From Octopus sinensis (taxonomy: Eukaryota): a DNA stretch of 64,000 nucleotides. The translations under genes and the position numbers were made by a program. Location of the stretch: NCBI RefSeq assembly GCF_006345805.1, contig NC_043020.1, positions 22,258,001 through 22,322,000 on the forward strand, read 5' to 3'. The notes beneath the pieces are model-generated. The model was not told where the DNA came from, did not search any database, and saw nothing but the letters and a program-made list of their open reading frames with translations. Below are positions 23,960 through 37,465 of this stretch, one piece after another (positions within the stretch are counted from its first letter, which is position 1; every line of letters starts with the position of its first letter).

Positions 23960-24185
23960 TTTGTTGTCCCACTTCTACAGTTCGCATCAGAAAGGCTGCA
24001 ACATGCGGTTTCCTGGTGAATCTCTGATCTCCAGGCTGAAGCTGCGCCAGACCCTGCCGTCCTTGTTGGTCTGCTGCTCCCTGCTTATGATTAGTCTACT
24101 CACCGACTGGGGTTACACGGTCTACTGGCACGTCATAGTGATAGGCAGCGCAGCCGGCATGGCCTGGATGACGGTGAGGTCGTAA
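23960..24185 (+). CDS. AGPAT5: AGPAT5 terminal coding exon
   Basis: ttctttcag|t acceptor. (I)LLSHFYSSHQKGCNMRFPGESLISRLKLRQTLPSLL...WMTVRS*, resembling the AGPAT5 C-terminus (RFPG..SKLSIKKTLPS). Confidence 0.92.
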
Positions 24186-25708
24186 CATCTGAAGGTCAAG
24201 GGGTTGAGTTCAAGTCTGGGCCTGGTCAGTGGTATGCTGGCGGTTAAGGGGTGGGGGGGTGAGGATGATTATTTGAGGCCAGTTATTAGGGGTTAGGGTG
24301 GGATGTTGTTGATGGCACTGGAGGAGAAAACAGGACAGGGTATTCTGAGATGGAGGATCAGGAGGAAAACTAAAACTGGGGGTGTGGGTGGGAGCGAATA
24401 GTGTTGCAGTGACACAGGTGGGGGTGGAAATTGTCTGTTGATGATGATTAGGGGTGTTGGTGGAAGTGGTGGGGAGTGACTGGGAGTCAGCCATCAGTGA
24501 TGGGTGGGAGTGATGTCAGTGGTGGAACTAAAGCCTGTGGTACAACACAGACACTACTAACTGTGGTACTAATGCCTCTGGTACGAGTACCTACGGAGGT
24601 GGTTGTTGTCCTTGTTAGGTTTATTAAAGATCATCCAACAGAGAGAGATCAACATCCAACACATCAGTATTGCAGCACCTGAAAGATAGGTGGTGATGAT
24701 GATGATAAGAAGAGTGAAACAAGGACACAAGAGGATTTTTTCTCAAACTGGAACCCTGGTCCAAATACTTGCAACAGAGAATACTCTAATAAAGAGAACC
24801 AAGAACTGGTGGTAGTGTTATTGTTATTGTTGTTATACCCTCTTCAGCAGAACCATAAACGAGCAGACCTAAGTACTTAGACATTCCAGCCACGACCATT
24901 TTGTCTCTACATCAGTCAGTTCTTTCAGTCTATGGTCTCTGTTCACCAACATCTCTTTCCTTTACTGTGTGCATATATATGTACACACAGACATAAGTGT
25001 ATGTGTATAGAGGTACATGAAATACCATATAAGGTAAATTTTTGATTTATTGAAATTCTTTACTCTTCCAGAAGCTGTATCATAATTGCCAAATGGCAAT
25101 TAAGACCAATTCCACTTGAGAAGGGAAAATAATTTCAAGAATTAATAATTTTCTCCAAAACTGCCATTAAGGATGAAGATAAGAGGACAGTTATGAGCAT
25201 ATGTTTCTGACTCAGTAACCATCCTCAGCACAGCAGTTGTCTGATCTTATTTCCAGCAGAATTAGTCTTAGACTTATATAAAAATGAGTGGAACAATTTA
25301 TGGCCTCGGTAATTTGCTTAATTTAAATAAAAATGAACTGAGGACATTCAGATACAGGAAGCAGTGCGGTGCAAAATAATGATGTGGATATTTCTTCTAA
25401 GCCTGTTGTTGGAGTCTAAAATATGAAACACATTTGCAGATAGATTTAGTCTCTATTCTGTTGACTTTGTAAATTGCAGTAGACGCCTTTCCTATTCCAG
25501 TGCACGGGGAGAATTGGGGGTCAATACACACACACACACACACACACACACATAAATTTGAAGTATAAGATATGGATTCAGAGAATCATGTGGTTATCAC
25601 AGAATGCTCTTATTGCAGGCTAATCCAAGAACAGATATGTGTAGTGTAGAGTGTCCACACAGCTGAAAAATCTAATCAATGAAATTATTTCACAAAATAA
25701 TTCCATCA

Positions 25709-25743
<35 letters not shown>

Positions 25744-25809
25744 AATAATTGATGAAAGAAACAGAAGATAGATTTGGCATTAGTCTTTATTCAGTATGAC
25801 AAATAGTAT

Positions 25810-25960
25810 CAACTCATCCTGCAACTCTCCTTTATGGGCAGGATTTTGTGCATCTAATTGTGTTGCATCAACTTGTGCAGTTTGTGTCACATCAGTCTGT
25901 GATGCAACACTACTAGATGCACAAAATCCTGCCCATAAAGGAGAGTTGCAGGACAAGTTG
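25810..25960. other. Isolated 151-nt near-perfect hairpin
   Basis: 61-bp arms, 4 mismatches, 29-nt loop. Confidence 0.9.
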
Positions 25961-28859
25961 AAACCAGCATCGTACTGAATCGACTGGTGTTAAATCCATC
26001 TTCTGGTTCCTTCATCAATTATTATTGAGGAATTCTTGAAGTGGATCCAGTGAAAATGTACTCCAACCATGGATGACACTGGGTAGCCCAAACTGTGAAA
26101 CGTGCTTTACTCAACACACTGACATACATACCCATTAGTTCAAAAAATTATGTATTTCTTCTATCAGTTGAATATTTCCTTTGAACTAAAAAGGAAATCA
26201 ACAAGAACATCAACAACCAAGGAGGAAGCCTTTGTACGGTCCTCGACCTGCTAGAAATAGCAGCCAAATTTTTTATGAATCACATTAGCTATTATGATTC
26301 ATGGTTGAGACATTTTGATGATTGGTCTGCCTGATTGCGTCTGACCTTGGGCTAAACTATCCCAACAGCTTATGGTACAGCATTATTCTATCATTCAATA
26401 TTGAAACTGTAGCAAGTCTCTATATGGTTGTTTGATATACTAGAAGTAGCAGCCAGATCTCCATCATCCGCTTACTGTTTGTCACAAATATAAGGACTGC
26501 CACATGGCGTTACATAATACTGGACATGCAAAAAAAGACAGAATGGTCAAAACTGGAATGTCTTTGATCTTAAGGGGTCTGGTCTGCTCTGTTCTGTATT
26601 GACCTGGGATTAAGCTGTCTACAACAATAACAATAATAGTTAATAAACCTACCATAACATCATGCTCTACTACCTATGTAGTGGAGGTTATATTTGAATT
26701 CCTGGTATAAATACCTGTTCTGCTTACTCCTGTATCTGTAGGAGAATGCCAGAATATAAACTTGGTTTTATGGTACACGTGTGTGTGTGTATTCATGTAT
26801 GCGGATATTTATGTTGTTGACTTTGTGTGAAACAGTACTGAGCTACAAGCAGTGAAGTCTACTGCTGTCCCTGTTCATTAAATTTTGCCCCTAGCTCTGT
26901 ACTTTAAAAGATGAGGGAATAAGAATATTCTTTACTTGAAAAACAGGTAAGGGTTAGTTACAGGAATGGCATCTGGCTGTAAATTGCTACCTCTGTCATG
27001 TGTCTTCATATAACTATTTTAGCATGGAAAAATGGATTGGAAATAAACATACACACACACACATATATATATGTATATATATATAAAATTATTAAGGTGG
27101 TATGTATGTACATTAATATATATTAGCTGAGACTTTAAGTTCCACATGATGGCTTATTTAACCAAATTGGTTGTCTAAACTGACAGGTAAAACTTCAAAG
27201 TCCCAGCCAGAAGTGAATTTCATAATTTGACTCTGCATTCGGTATTGAGCCTTCCCATGTACAATAGATGTTGTTCATTATATTTAAACTAGCTTTAATA
27301 TAATAACCTTCATTTGACAGTTATGTGTGTGTGTGTATAACATTCCCGTATAAGTATACACACACACATACATGCACATGTTCATACAAACACAATATAT
27401 CAATGTGAAAGAATGTTGATTTGTGTGTGTGTATCTGTAGATATACTCATGATTTTTAGGTACGTGATATTCTGTTATGCAACCATAATATGAAATATAT
27501 TAAATGTTTTTAGAAGTCAATACCTTGTTCTCCTGTGTTAGCAGTGCTATTGCATCACTTGTTAAGATTATCTCTACAGAGTTTCTATAGAATATCTGTA
27601 GACATAAACTTAGCAAAATAATATGCGTATCATTATCCTCCTCTCATCATCATTGTGACATCCTCTCTTCCATGCTTGCAGGGGTCAGGCAGAATTTGTT
27701 GAGATAGATTTCCTAAGGCTGGATGCTCTTCCTGTGCTAACCCTCACCCAATTCCAGGCAAGGTAGTTTTTTTTTATCCTAAATTGGGACATGTTTTTGT
27801 AGAATAATGCAAATGAATGACACTGCTTGTAGAACAGTGACACTCCTATACAACTACTACAGAGTGTCAAGACGAGGAGACACACACTTGCACATATATG
27901 TGCGTGCATATATACATAAATCTATGTCTTGTCTAAGCTTTCACTCCATAACAGTTTATAATATTGGTAAAACAATCCAAATTTTAGCCACTTCTGTGAT
28001 GTGCTTTCAAATAGCCACAACAGAGGTGGACAAATATCTCGTTTCTTCTCTCCATCGACAGAAAAAGTTGGTGTATTGTCTTCAGTTAATATCAGTTATT
28101 AATCAATATAAATTAGAATGTGATTTACTGATGCTTCTAAAGAAAAGAAAACAAAAACAAGTATAGCCAACTTAGACCGTAATCTGTGTTCCTGGCAGCC
28201 TGATTGAGGGCTAAAAGACAGGCTTTTGTGGTGATCCTTAGACTTGGTGAAACCCTTGCTCAACCACACATATCACAAGCACCCCCCCCCCCCGCGGTTT
28301 TACTCTAAAACTTGTTACTTCATTATCAAGGTTTCTTTGAACGTTCCATTGAGTGAGGGGAGATCCTATGTGGACAGCTGACATGCTAGAAATAGCAGCC
28401 AAATTTTCCAATCATTCTTTCTACTGTTTTAAAACAAAAATGGTTTACTTAGAAAGAAGAGGGGCTTTCTTCCTTCCATGCTTTATCTATAAAGAAAAGG
28501 TCCTTGTTTTAGTCCCTTTGATCATAGTGCCACTTCATCAAAGGTGACCTATGGTTAAACAACTTGTCTCATAACCCTCTAGTCAGTCAGCCTGTTTGAA
28601 ATAGCAGCAAAATCTCCCTCAAACTCCTATAGATGGGACAAACTCATTGGATAATTTATTCTTAGATATGCAGATGATCGGATGGTCAAGGCTAGATAGC
28701 CACCAACTGAAGGTAGTCTGTTCAGTCAGGGTTAACCTAGGGTTAAACAGTGAAAACAGCAATCTCAATGATATCAGGTTGGTGACAAAGACAAAAATAT
28801 TGATAATAATAATTTTGGCACAAGGCCAGCGATTTGGGGGGAGAAGTTTAGTTGATTCC

Positions 28860-31800
28860 AACAATGACAATGCTCAGCTGGTCCTTATTTTAATGACCCC
28901 TGGAAGATTGAAAGGCAAAGTCAACCTTGGCAGAATTCAAACTCAGAAGATAACAAGTCAGAAGAAATGCTGCCAGCCATGACCCTTTATAATAATAATA
29001 ATGGTTTCTGATTTAGGTGCAAGGCCAGCATTTGAGGGGAGGGGTAGTAGTCAATTCCATCACCATCACCACCCCCACTCATGACTGGTACTTTATTTTA
29101 CTGAATCCATTCAAATGCTATCAAAGTCATCTTTGCTTTCATAAAATACTGGGGGTTAATTTACTCAATTTCTAACTCCTCCCCTAATTTTGAAGCCCAG
29201 ATAAGAAGTCATCATCATTTTATTATTGTTATGAAGTTTACAAAGCTGGCAGAATTGTTAACACGTTGGTCAAAATACTTTGTGGTGTTTCATCCTTGTT
29301 TACATTCTGAGTTCAAATTACACTTGAGGTCAACTTTATTTTTCATCCTTTAGGGTTCAGTAAAATAAACACCTGTTGGGCATTAGGGGCAGTGTAATCA
29401 ACCAGCCACTTCCATCCAAATTTCATGCTTTCTGCCCAGAGTAGAAAGGATTATTATCATCATTATTATTATTATTGTTACTAAGACGGCAAGCTGGCAG
29501 AACCGTTAGCAAGCTGGGTGGAATGCTTGGTGGTATTTCGCCCGTTGCTATGTTCTGAGTTCAAATTCCACCGAGGTCAACTTTGCCTTTCATCTTTCGG
29601 GGTCAATGATATAAGAACCAGTTGAGTACAGGGGTCGATGTAATCAACTGGCTCCCCCTCCCGCAAAATTTCAGGCCTTGTACCTATAATAGAAACATTT
29701 ATTATTATTATTATTATTTGCATTCATCATCATCATCATCATCATCGGATACAATGATCGTTATTGTTGCTTTTGTTTTTATACAGGTGTCCATATTGTA
29801 TATTCTGTAGTAGGGATGACACAAAGATGAATGTTATTATTATTATTATTAAGGTGGCCAGCTGGCAGAATCGTTAGCACACTGGACAAAATGTTTGGTG
29901 GTATTTCGCCCATTACTATGTTCTGAGTTCAGATTGTGCCAAGGTCGACTTTGCCTTTTATCATTTCGGGGTCGATAAATTAAGTACCAGTGAAACACTG
30001 GGGTCGATGTAATTGACTGTCCCCCTCCCCCAAAATTTCAGGCCTTGTGCCTATAGTAGAAAGGATTATTTTTATTACAAGGGTAGCTGATAGGCAGAAT
30101 CCTGAGAGCTTTGGGAAAAATGTCTTTAAACATTTATTTTGGGTTTTTACATTCAGAGTTCAAATCCTCCTAAGTTAACTTTAACCTTTCATCCTTCCAG
30201 GGTCCATGGAATAAGGCACCAGTGAATTACTGGAATTGATTCAATCAGCTGCCCCTTCATCTAAATTTCAAGCCCCAACACTATATTGGAGACTGTTATT
30301 ATTGTCAAGGGGTCAGCAGATTCATGAGATGTTGGAGAAAATGCCTTCAGCATTCAAATCCTTTAGTGGGGGGATACCAGTCGACTACTGGGGTCAGTGT
30401 AATAAACAGTCATCTCCCTGTGATGGTTGTAGGGTTTGAACTCAGAATGTAAAACACTGGAATAAACACTACCAGGTATTTAGCCCTGCCATTCTGGCAA
30501 TTATGTCATTCTGTTAATTAATTGGTAATTTTTGTTTTTATTGGTCACCAGAGGTTTAGATGCTGGGGACAGGACAGAGGGGGAAATGTAAAAGAAAAAA
30601 GTTGGGGTGGAGCAGGATGGTGGTTCCTGGGGTAAGAGGTTGGGATCAGCAACAAGAAGAATGACGTAATAAGATTCCTTCTGCTAAAGGCGCAAGGCCT
30701 AAAATTTTGCAAGAGATGGGGGAGGTGGGGTCGGGTGAGGGGGAGCTACTTGATTACATTGATCCCCAAATGCTCAATTTATTTTGTCGACCCCCCCAGA
30801 TGGGTAAAAGGCAAAGTTGAACTTGTTGGAATTTGAACTCAGAACGTAAAGCCAGAAAAAGTGTCACAAAAGTGTCTGATGCCTTGACAATTCCACCAGT
30901 TCGTTACCCTTGAGATAATAATAATAATAATGATGATGATGGTTTCTTACTTAGACACAATATTGAAGGAATGAGGGCTGGGCATTGACCTCAGTACTAC
31001 ATTGATATTATATTTTAGCAGCCTCTTTGGGGTGAAAATCAAAGTTAACCTCAGCTGGTTTTGAACTCAGAACATAGAGATTGGAAACAAATACTGTAAA
31101 CTATTTCTTCTGACATTTTAACAATTGAACCAATTGATTGCTTTTAATTAAGTTGGTAATTATAAGAACAACAATAACAATATTGAGCTACCAAAATAAC
31201 AATAAGGCGATAACATTGAAATAGGGGTGGTTCAGGTGCCTCTGGAACAACCTGACATACCCATAATTTAAAGCTGATTTGTTATTTTCTACTTTCTTTT
31301 TGTTTTTTTAATTTTTGTGTTTGTTGATGTATCTATGAGGGATTGGTGTCTGTTGGTAGGATGGTTGCTTCCCTGATCACACATCCCACCCCACTTCCAG
31401 GTATACTACACGATGATATTTGTTGATGGCACCACCTATGGCAAAGAAAGGGTTTAAGGACTTTTTTCCCTGTCACCGTTTCAAATAAACACCTTTAAAG
31501 TTACATCATAGTAGTCTCCCCTCCATAGTCTGAGAAAATCGATTTTGCAATTTCTGGCTGACTGACCTGGCACAAACTGAATTGTTTATAAGAGATCAAA
31601 TGTTTGTGCTGTACAATAACACATTTCCTCCATCAAAAACTGGCACTGCATAAACAAGTGCACAGTGTTCCACACATCAGGTTTCAAAATAACCACAGAG
31701 CAAAGTGAGATGAAAGGTTTTGCTCAAGAACACAATGCACCGTCCTGCCTAGGAATTGAAACCATGATCTTATGATTCTGAGTGTCACAGCCTCACCATT

Positions 31801-32180
31801 CAGCCATTTCCCCACAAACTCATATTGGGTTTCTGTCCTGGTCTTACATCCTGAGTTCAAATGTAGCCAAAGCTGGTTTGCTTTTCATCCTTTTGGGGGT
31901 CAATAAACTGAAGTCCAAGCCAAGTACCTGGGGTCAATGTAATCGACATGCCCATCCCTACTGAAATTTGCTGGTCAGGTGCCAAGATGTGAAAGAATAT
32001 AATGGATTGGCAGAACAATTTAGTGTTTGGAAAGTGCCATAGGGGATTCTGGTTATTTATGTTCTTGAGTTCAAATCCTGCCAAAGTCAACTCTGTCTTT
32101 TATCTTGTTAGGGTTAATAAAATAAAATATGGGGTCAGTTACACCTTCCTCTTCTTCCTCCCAAATTTCAAGTCTTGTCC
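28860..32180. mobile_element. Cluster of about 10 family-B SINE copies, mostly + and head-to-tail
   Basis: Clear copies at about 29235-29480, 29483-29718, 29850-30072, 30078-30303, 31780-31980 and 31990-32180. Confidence 0.8.
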
Positions 32181-32926
32181 CCAGATTAGGACGGTTTTCT
32201 TTTCTCTCTCTCTTTGATAATTATAAAGTCTGTGTGTGTGGAACCGACACTGGACAGATTTATATTCCACACACCTCGGTGTGTTTGGGGAAGAACACAA
32301 CTTTAAAAGAACCACTGCACTTTGGAAAACATCTCAGAAATTACATGTCCTTGCTTGTTTGTTTGTTTGTTTGTTTTGCTTTTTTATTTGTAAAGAAAAT
32401 CTAAATCTTTCTTTTTTGTTGTTTTCTCTCCTCTTTTGTACAAGTGTTTTTCTGTTTACAATGTCTCTTTCAGAAACGTTTTATAGTTTATCTTTGGAAA
32501 TAAATCTTAAAGAAAAAAAAAAAAAGAAAGAAAGAAATGATGCATATATTACATAGTCTTTTATTCTTTCATTGATTTCTGTCTTTCACTGTAGCCACCC
32601 TGGGACTTTACTTCAACAGGTTTTGGTCAAACACATCAGCTACTCCACCCCAGTACTATGGTACGTCTTGGATCAGTCTTGGAGAAAACAACAAATTACC
32701 AAGTTCAATTTTCTGTAAATTGACTGTAAAGTGTATTTTGTTTGGATATTCCTTGCCAACACACACACACACATGTATGTAGGTTTTAAATGAAGCCTGA
32801 TGACAGGAAATATAAAGTACAAATAATTGGTGCTCAGCTTAACTTGCTGCCTAAATAACCACTCCAACTCCTGCTTATTGATTTCTTGTTACTTAAATTC
32901 ATTTAACCAATTAGTTCATACATATG

Positions 32927-32972
<46 letters not shown>

Positions 32973-32973
<1 letters not shown>

Positions 32974-35227
32974 TCATCATCATCGTTTAGCGTCCGTTTT
33001 CCATGCTAGCATGGGTTGGACGGTTCAACTGGGGTCTGTGAAGCCAGAAGGCTGCACCAGGCCCAGTCAGATCTGGCAGTGTTTCTACGGCTGGATGCCC
33101 TTCCTAACGCCAACCACTCCGTGAATGTAGTGGGTGCTTTTTACGTGCCACCCGCACAGGTGCCAGACAGCTGGCAAACAGCCACGAATGGATGGTGCTT
33201 TTTATGTGCCACTGGCACGGGGGCCAGGCGAGGCTGGCAACGGACACGAACAGATGGTGCTTTTTATGTGCCACCGGCACGGGGGCCAGGCGAGGCTGGC
33301 AACGGACACGAATGGATGGTGCTTTTTACATGCCACCAGCACGAGGCCAGTCGGGGCGGAGCTGGCAACGGTCGCGAACGGATGGTTCTCTTACATGCCA
33401 CCGGCACTGGTAACACATCTGCAATTTCCATTGATTGATTTCGATTCTGATCCTCACTTGCCTCAACAGGTCTTCACAAGTAGAGTTTTGTGTCCCAAGA
33501 AGAGAAGGTATGCATACGTAGGCTGCCTCCATCCCATGTAGAAGGCCACGGGTCATGGACTCACTTGTCCTGCCGGGTCTTTTCGCGCACAGCACACTTC
33601 CAGAGGTCTCGGTCTCTAGTCATTTCCTCAGTGAGACCTAAAGTTCGAAGGTCGTGCTTCACCACCTCGTCCCAGGTTTTCCTGGGTTTGCCTCTTCCGC
33701 AGGTTCCCTCAACCGCTAGGGTGTGGCACTTTTTCACACAACTATCTTCATCCATTCTCGCCACATGACCATACCAGTGCAAACGTCTCTCTTGCACACC
33801 ACAACTGATGCTTCTTAGGTCCAGCTTTTCTCTCAAGGTACTTACACTCTGCCGAGTATGAGTACTGACATTACACATCCATCGGAGCATACTGGCTTCA
33901 TTTCTTGCGAGCTTACGCATATCCTCAGCAGTCACGGCCCATGTTTCACTGCCATGTAGCATGGCTGTTCGTACACACGCATCATACAGTCTGCCTTTTA
34001 CTCTGTGCGAGAGGCCTTTTGTCACCAGCAGAGGTAAGAGCTCTCTGAACTTTGCCCAAGCTATTCTTACTCTAGCAGTTACACTTTCAGCACACCCGCC
34101 CCCGCTGCTGACTTGGTCACCTAGGTAACGGAAACTATCAGCTATTTCTAGTTTTTCTCCCTGGAAAGTGACAGAAGTTGGTCTCAGAGCATTTTCAGTG
34201 TTTATTGTTCCTGAGCATCTGCCACATACAAAAACCATCTTCCTAGTTAGCCTTCCTTTGACATTGCTGCACCTCTTATGTGTCCATAGCTTACACTTGG
34301 TGCATCTTATAGAGTTTCTACCTACACCTTTTCTACTGATTACGACTTTGGTTTTAGCTAGATTGACTCTGAGGCCCTTCGATTCTAATCCTTGTTTCCA
34401 CACCTGAAACTGCTCCTCCAGTTCTGATAGCGACTCAGCAATTAGAGCAAGGTCATCAGCATAGAGGAGCTCCCAAGGGCATCCTGTCTTGAATTCCTCC
34501 GTTATTGCCTGGAGGACTATGATAAATAGGAGGGGGCTGAGGACTGAGCCTTGGTGGACCCCTACCTCTACCCGGAATTCTTCACTGTACTCGTTGCCAA
34601 ACCTCACCTTACTAGCAGCGTCCCTATACATTGCCCGCACAGCTCTCACTAACCATTCATCTATCCTTAGTTTCCTCATTGACCACCAGATAAGGGATCG
34701 GGGGACCCTGTCGAAGGCTTTCTCCATGTCAACGAAAGCCAGGTACAGGGGCTTATCTTTGGCTAGGTATTTCTCCTGCAGCTGCCTTACCAGGAATATA
34801 GCATCAGTGGCACAAACCCAAACTGCATCTCGTCTAGGTTGACTCTCTCTCTAATTAGTTGGGCTATGACCCTCTCCGTAACATTCATCACCTGATCCAG
34901 CAGCTTGATACCTCTGTAGTTATTTGTATCTAGGGCGTCACCTTTACCTTTGTAGCAGTTGACTATTATGCTGCTACACCAGTCATTGGGTATGACTCCT
35001 TTGTGTATCACCTGATTAACTATATGGGTGACTAGGCTGTAGCCGACACTACCAGACATTTTGAGCATCTCTTCAGTGATTCCTGATGGGCCTGGGGCTT
35101 TCCCTGTCTTCATGCTTCTAATTGCCTTAGCTACCACGGAACTATCAACTCGGATAGCTGGTCCCTCTGTTGGGTCAACATTCGGCAGACTCTCTTTATC
35201 CCATTCATTTTCTTTATTCAGCAACCT
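32973..35227 (-). mobile_element. Longest RTE LINE copy (RT domains, 3'UTR, tail), 5'-truncated, disrupted
   Basis: KAPGPSG, NNYRGIKL, DMEKAFDRVPR, GVHQGSVLSPLLF, LLYADD. Frameshifting deletion near 34800. Confidence 0.95.
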
Positions 35228-35427
35228 TTCGATAGGAACTTCCGGCATGTGTGGAGGGGGTGGGAGGGCATGTGTGGAGGGGGTGGGAGGGCATGTGTGG
35301 AGGGGGTTGGAGGGCGGGTGCACCGTAACTTAGTAAGAGGTTCTGTTAATCGTGTGAGCTAGAAAATAGGTTTGAAAAATCAGAGTGGCTATGAACCGGG
35401 AGACAAGACTAAACGAAAAAAATGTTT

Positions 35428-35803
<376 letters not shown>

Positions 35804-36158
35804 TAAAATTACAAAGTGAGATAGGGGTTATGAGTGTAACCCACTATGGGATATCATTTATCCAATATACTGCCAGTAAAGTACCCAGAAAGGCTAATAC
35901 ATAAATGCTAAGAATTGCAATGCAATTAATTCATTTATTGTATTATATGGGCGAAGGTAAAATGTTTTACCTCAAATTCATAATACAAAATAAGAAAATG
36001 GAGGAATAGATTTCTTTCAATCATCAACTACTAGATAATACCAACTCATATAATTTATTAACTAATTATTTAGGAACATTCAGATCAAACAGAATAAAAC
36101 AGTACACATCAATAAGTAAGATAATACCATAAGAACAATGCATATAAATATAAAATGG

Positions 36159-36276
36159 ATCTTACAGCTGTTTCAGCCTGTAGATAAGAGTATCTCATTA
36201 TGCTCATATCAGATGTATTGAGGTAATATGCAGTTATAAATGAGTTATATATATATCTCAAGGCCTCGTCAGAGAT
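36159..36276 (-). ncRNA. Type I HHR motif, canonical core, about 80-nt loop II
   Basis: AUCU-CUGACGA-GGCCU...AGGCU-GAAA-CAGCUG-UA-AGAU. Confidence 0.72.
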
Positions 36277-36851
36277 TATAAAGGTATAAAATGAAGATAT
36301 AAAGTGCAAATATGAATATTAGAGAAGGTACACATATACAAGAATAAGTATATATACATATAAGTGTATATACACCTACATATATATAAGTATATACATA
36401 ATAATATACATACGCATAAGGTTATAGTTAATCAAATCTATATACTAGAATATACATACATATATATATATCCACATCAAAGTGTACATATACAAAGTCC
36501 CGAGTTCATTGTATTACATTACAAAAGGCTATTAATAATATCAATAAAAGAATATGTGCATTCTGCTATTCACAATACATAGTAGAAGGAAATTACCACA
36601 TAAAATACAGCATCAGCATAATATAATACAATACAGTATAGCACGCCAGTAAATTACTTAATTCAGTATAATATATTCAATAAAATAATGCCAAACAATG
36701 TATAATGTCACAATATACTATGTCATTATAATTATATATTATACAGCTAAAAACGACAATTTAGTATAAATCTACATACATATATATACACACAGGTACC
36801 AATTAACATGTACATGCATATACATACATGTGCAACAGCATCCATTAATAC

Positions 36852-36925
<74 letters not shown>

Positions 36926-36984
36926 TTTATATATATATATATATGTGTATATATATGTATATATATATATATATATATGTATAT

Positions 36985-37400
36985 AGGTGTTGGAGTGGCT
37001 CCGGGTTCAGTCCCACTGCATGGCATCTTGGGCAAGTGTCTTCTGCTATAGCCCCGGGCCGACCAATGCCTTGTGAGTGGATTTGGTAGACGGAAACTGA
37101 AAGAAGCCTGTCGTATATATATGTATGTGTGTGTGTTTGTCCCCCAAGCATTGCTTGACAACCGATGACAGAGAGAGTGAGGAGAAATGGAAAGACAAGA
37201 AAAGACATCAACAAGAAGCTATGACTCTACAACCAGCCAGGAACAGTCTTCGCTACATTTGCGGTACCTGCCAGAGGGAGTGTTTGTCCAGGATAGGACT
37301 ACACAGCCACAGCAGGAAATGTATCAGGACATGAAATGTAAAAGCCGGACTGGACTATTTTATGCGCAACTCCATTGTCTCCCAAGACAAAAAGAATGCC
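36985..37400 (+). mobile_element. SINE-A 5' part fused to the 3' end of a BovB-like RTE
   Basis: SINE similarity stops at ...acaaccgatg (37167). It is followed by [23 protein letters not shown] and ccattgtctcccaagacaaaaagaatgcc. Confidence 0.75.
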
Positions 37401-37405
37401 AACCG

Positions 37406-37465
<60 letters not shown>

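Noticed and set aside
6216-24185. LCLAT1 or AGPAT3/4 as alternative identity
   Set aside because: The HIHI.RI segment and the RFPG...TLPS C-terminus with a single terminal hydrophobic stretch fit AGPAT5 better.
24210-24682. ORFs downstream of the AGPAT5 stop
   Set aside because: Low-complexity sequence with no recognisable domain; probably 3'UTR.
25796-25978. 60-aa Cys-rich ORF
   Set aside because: By-product of the hairpin; no splice or homology support.
35244-35315. Three 23-bp G-rich repeats (G-quadruplex potential)
   Set aside because: Real minisatellite but no contextual evidence of function.
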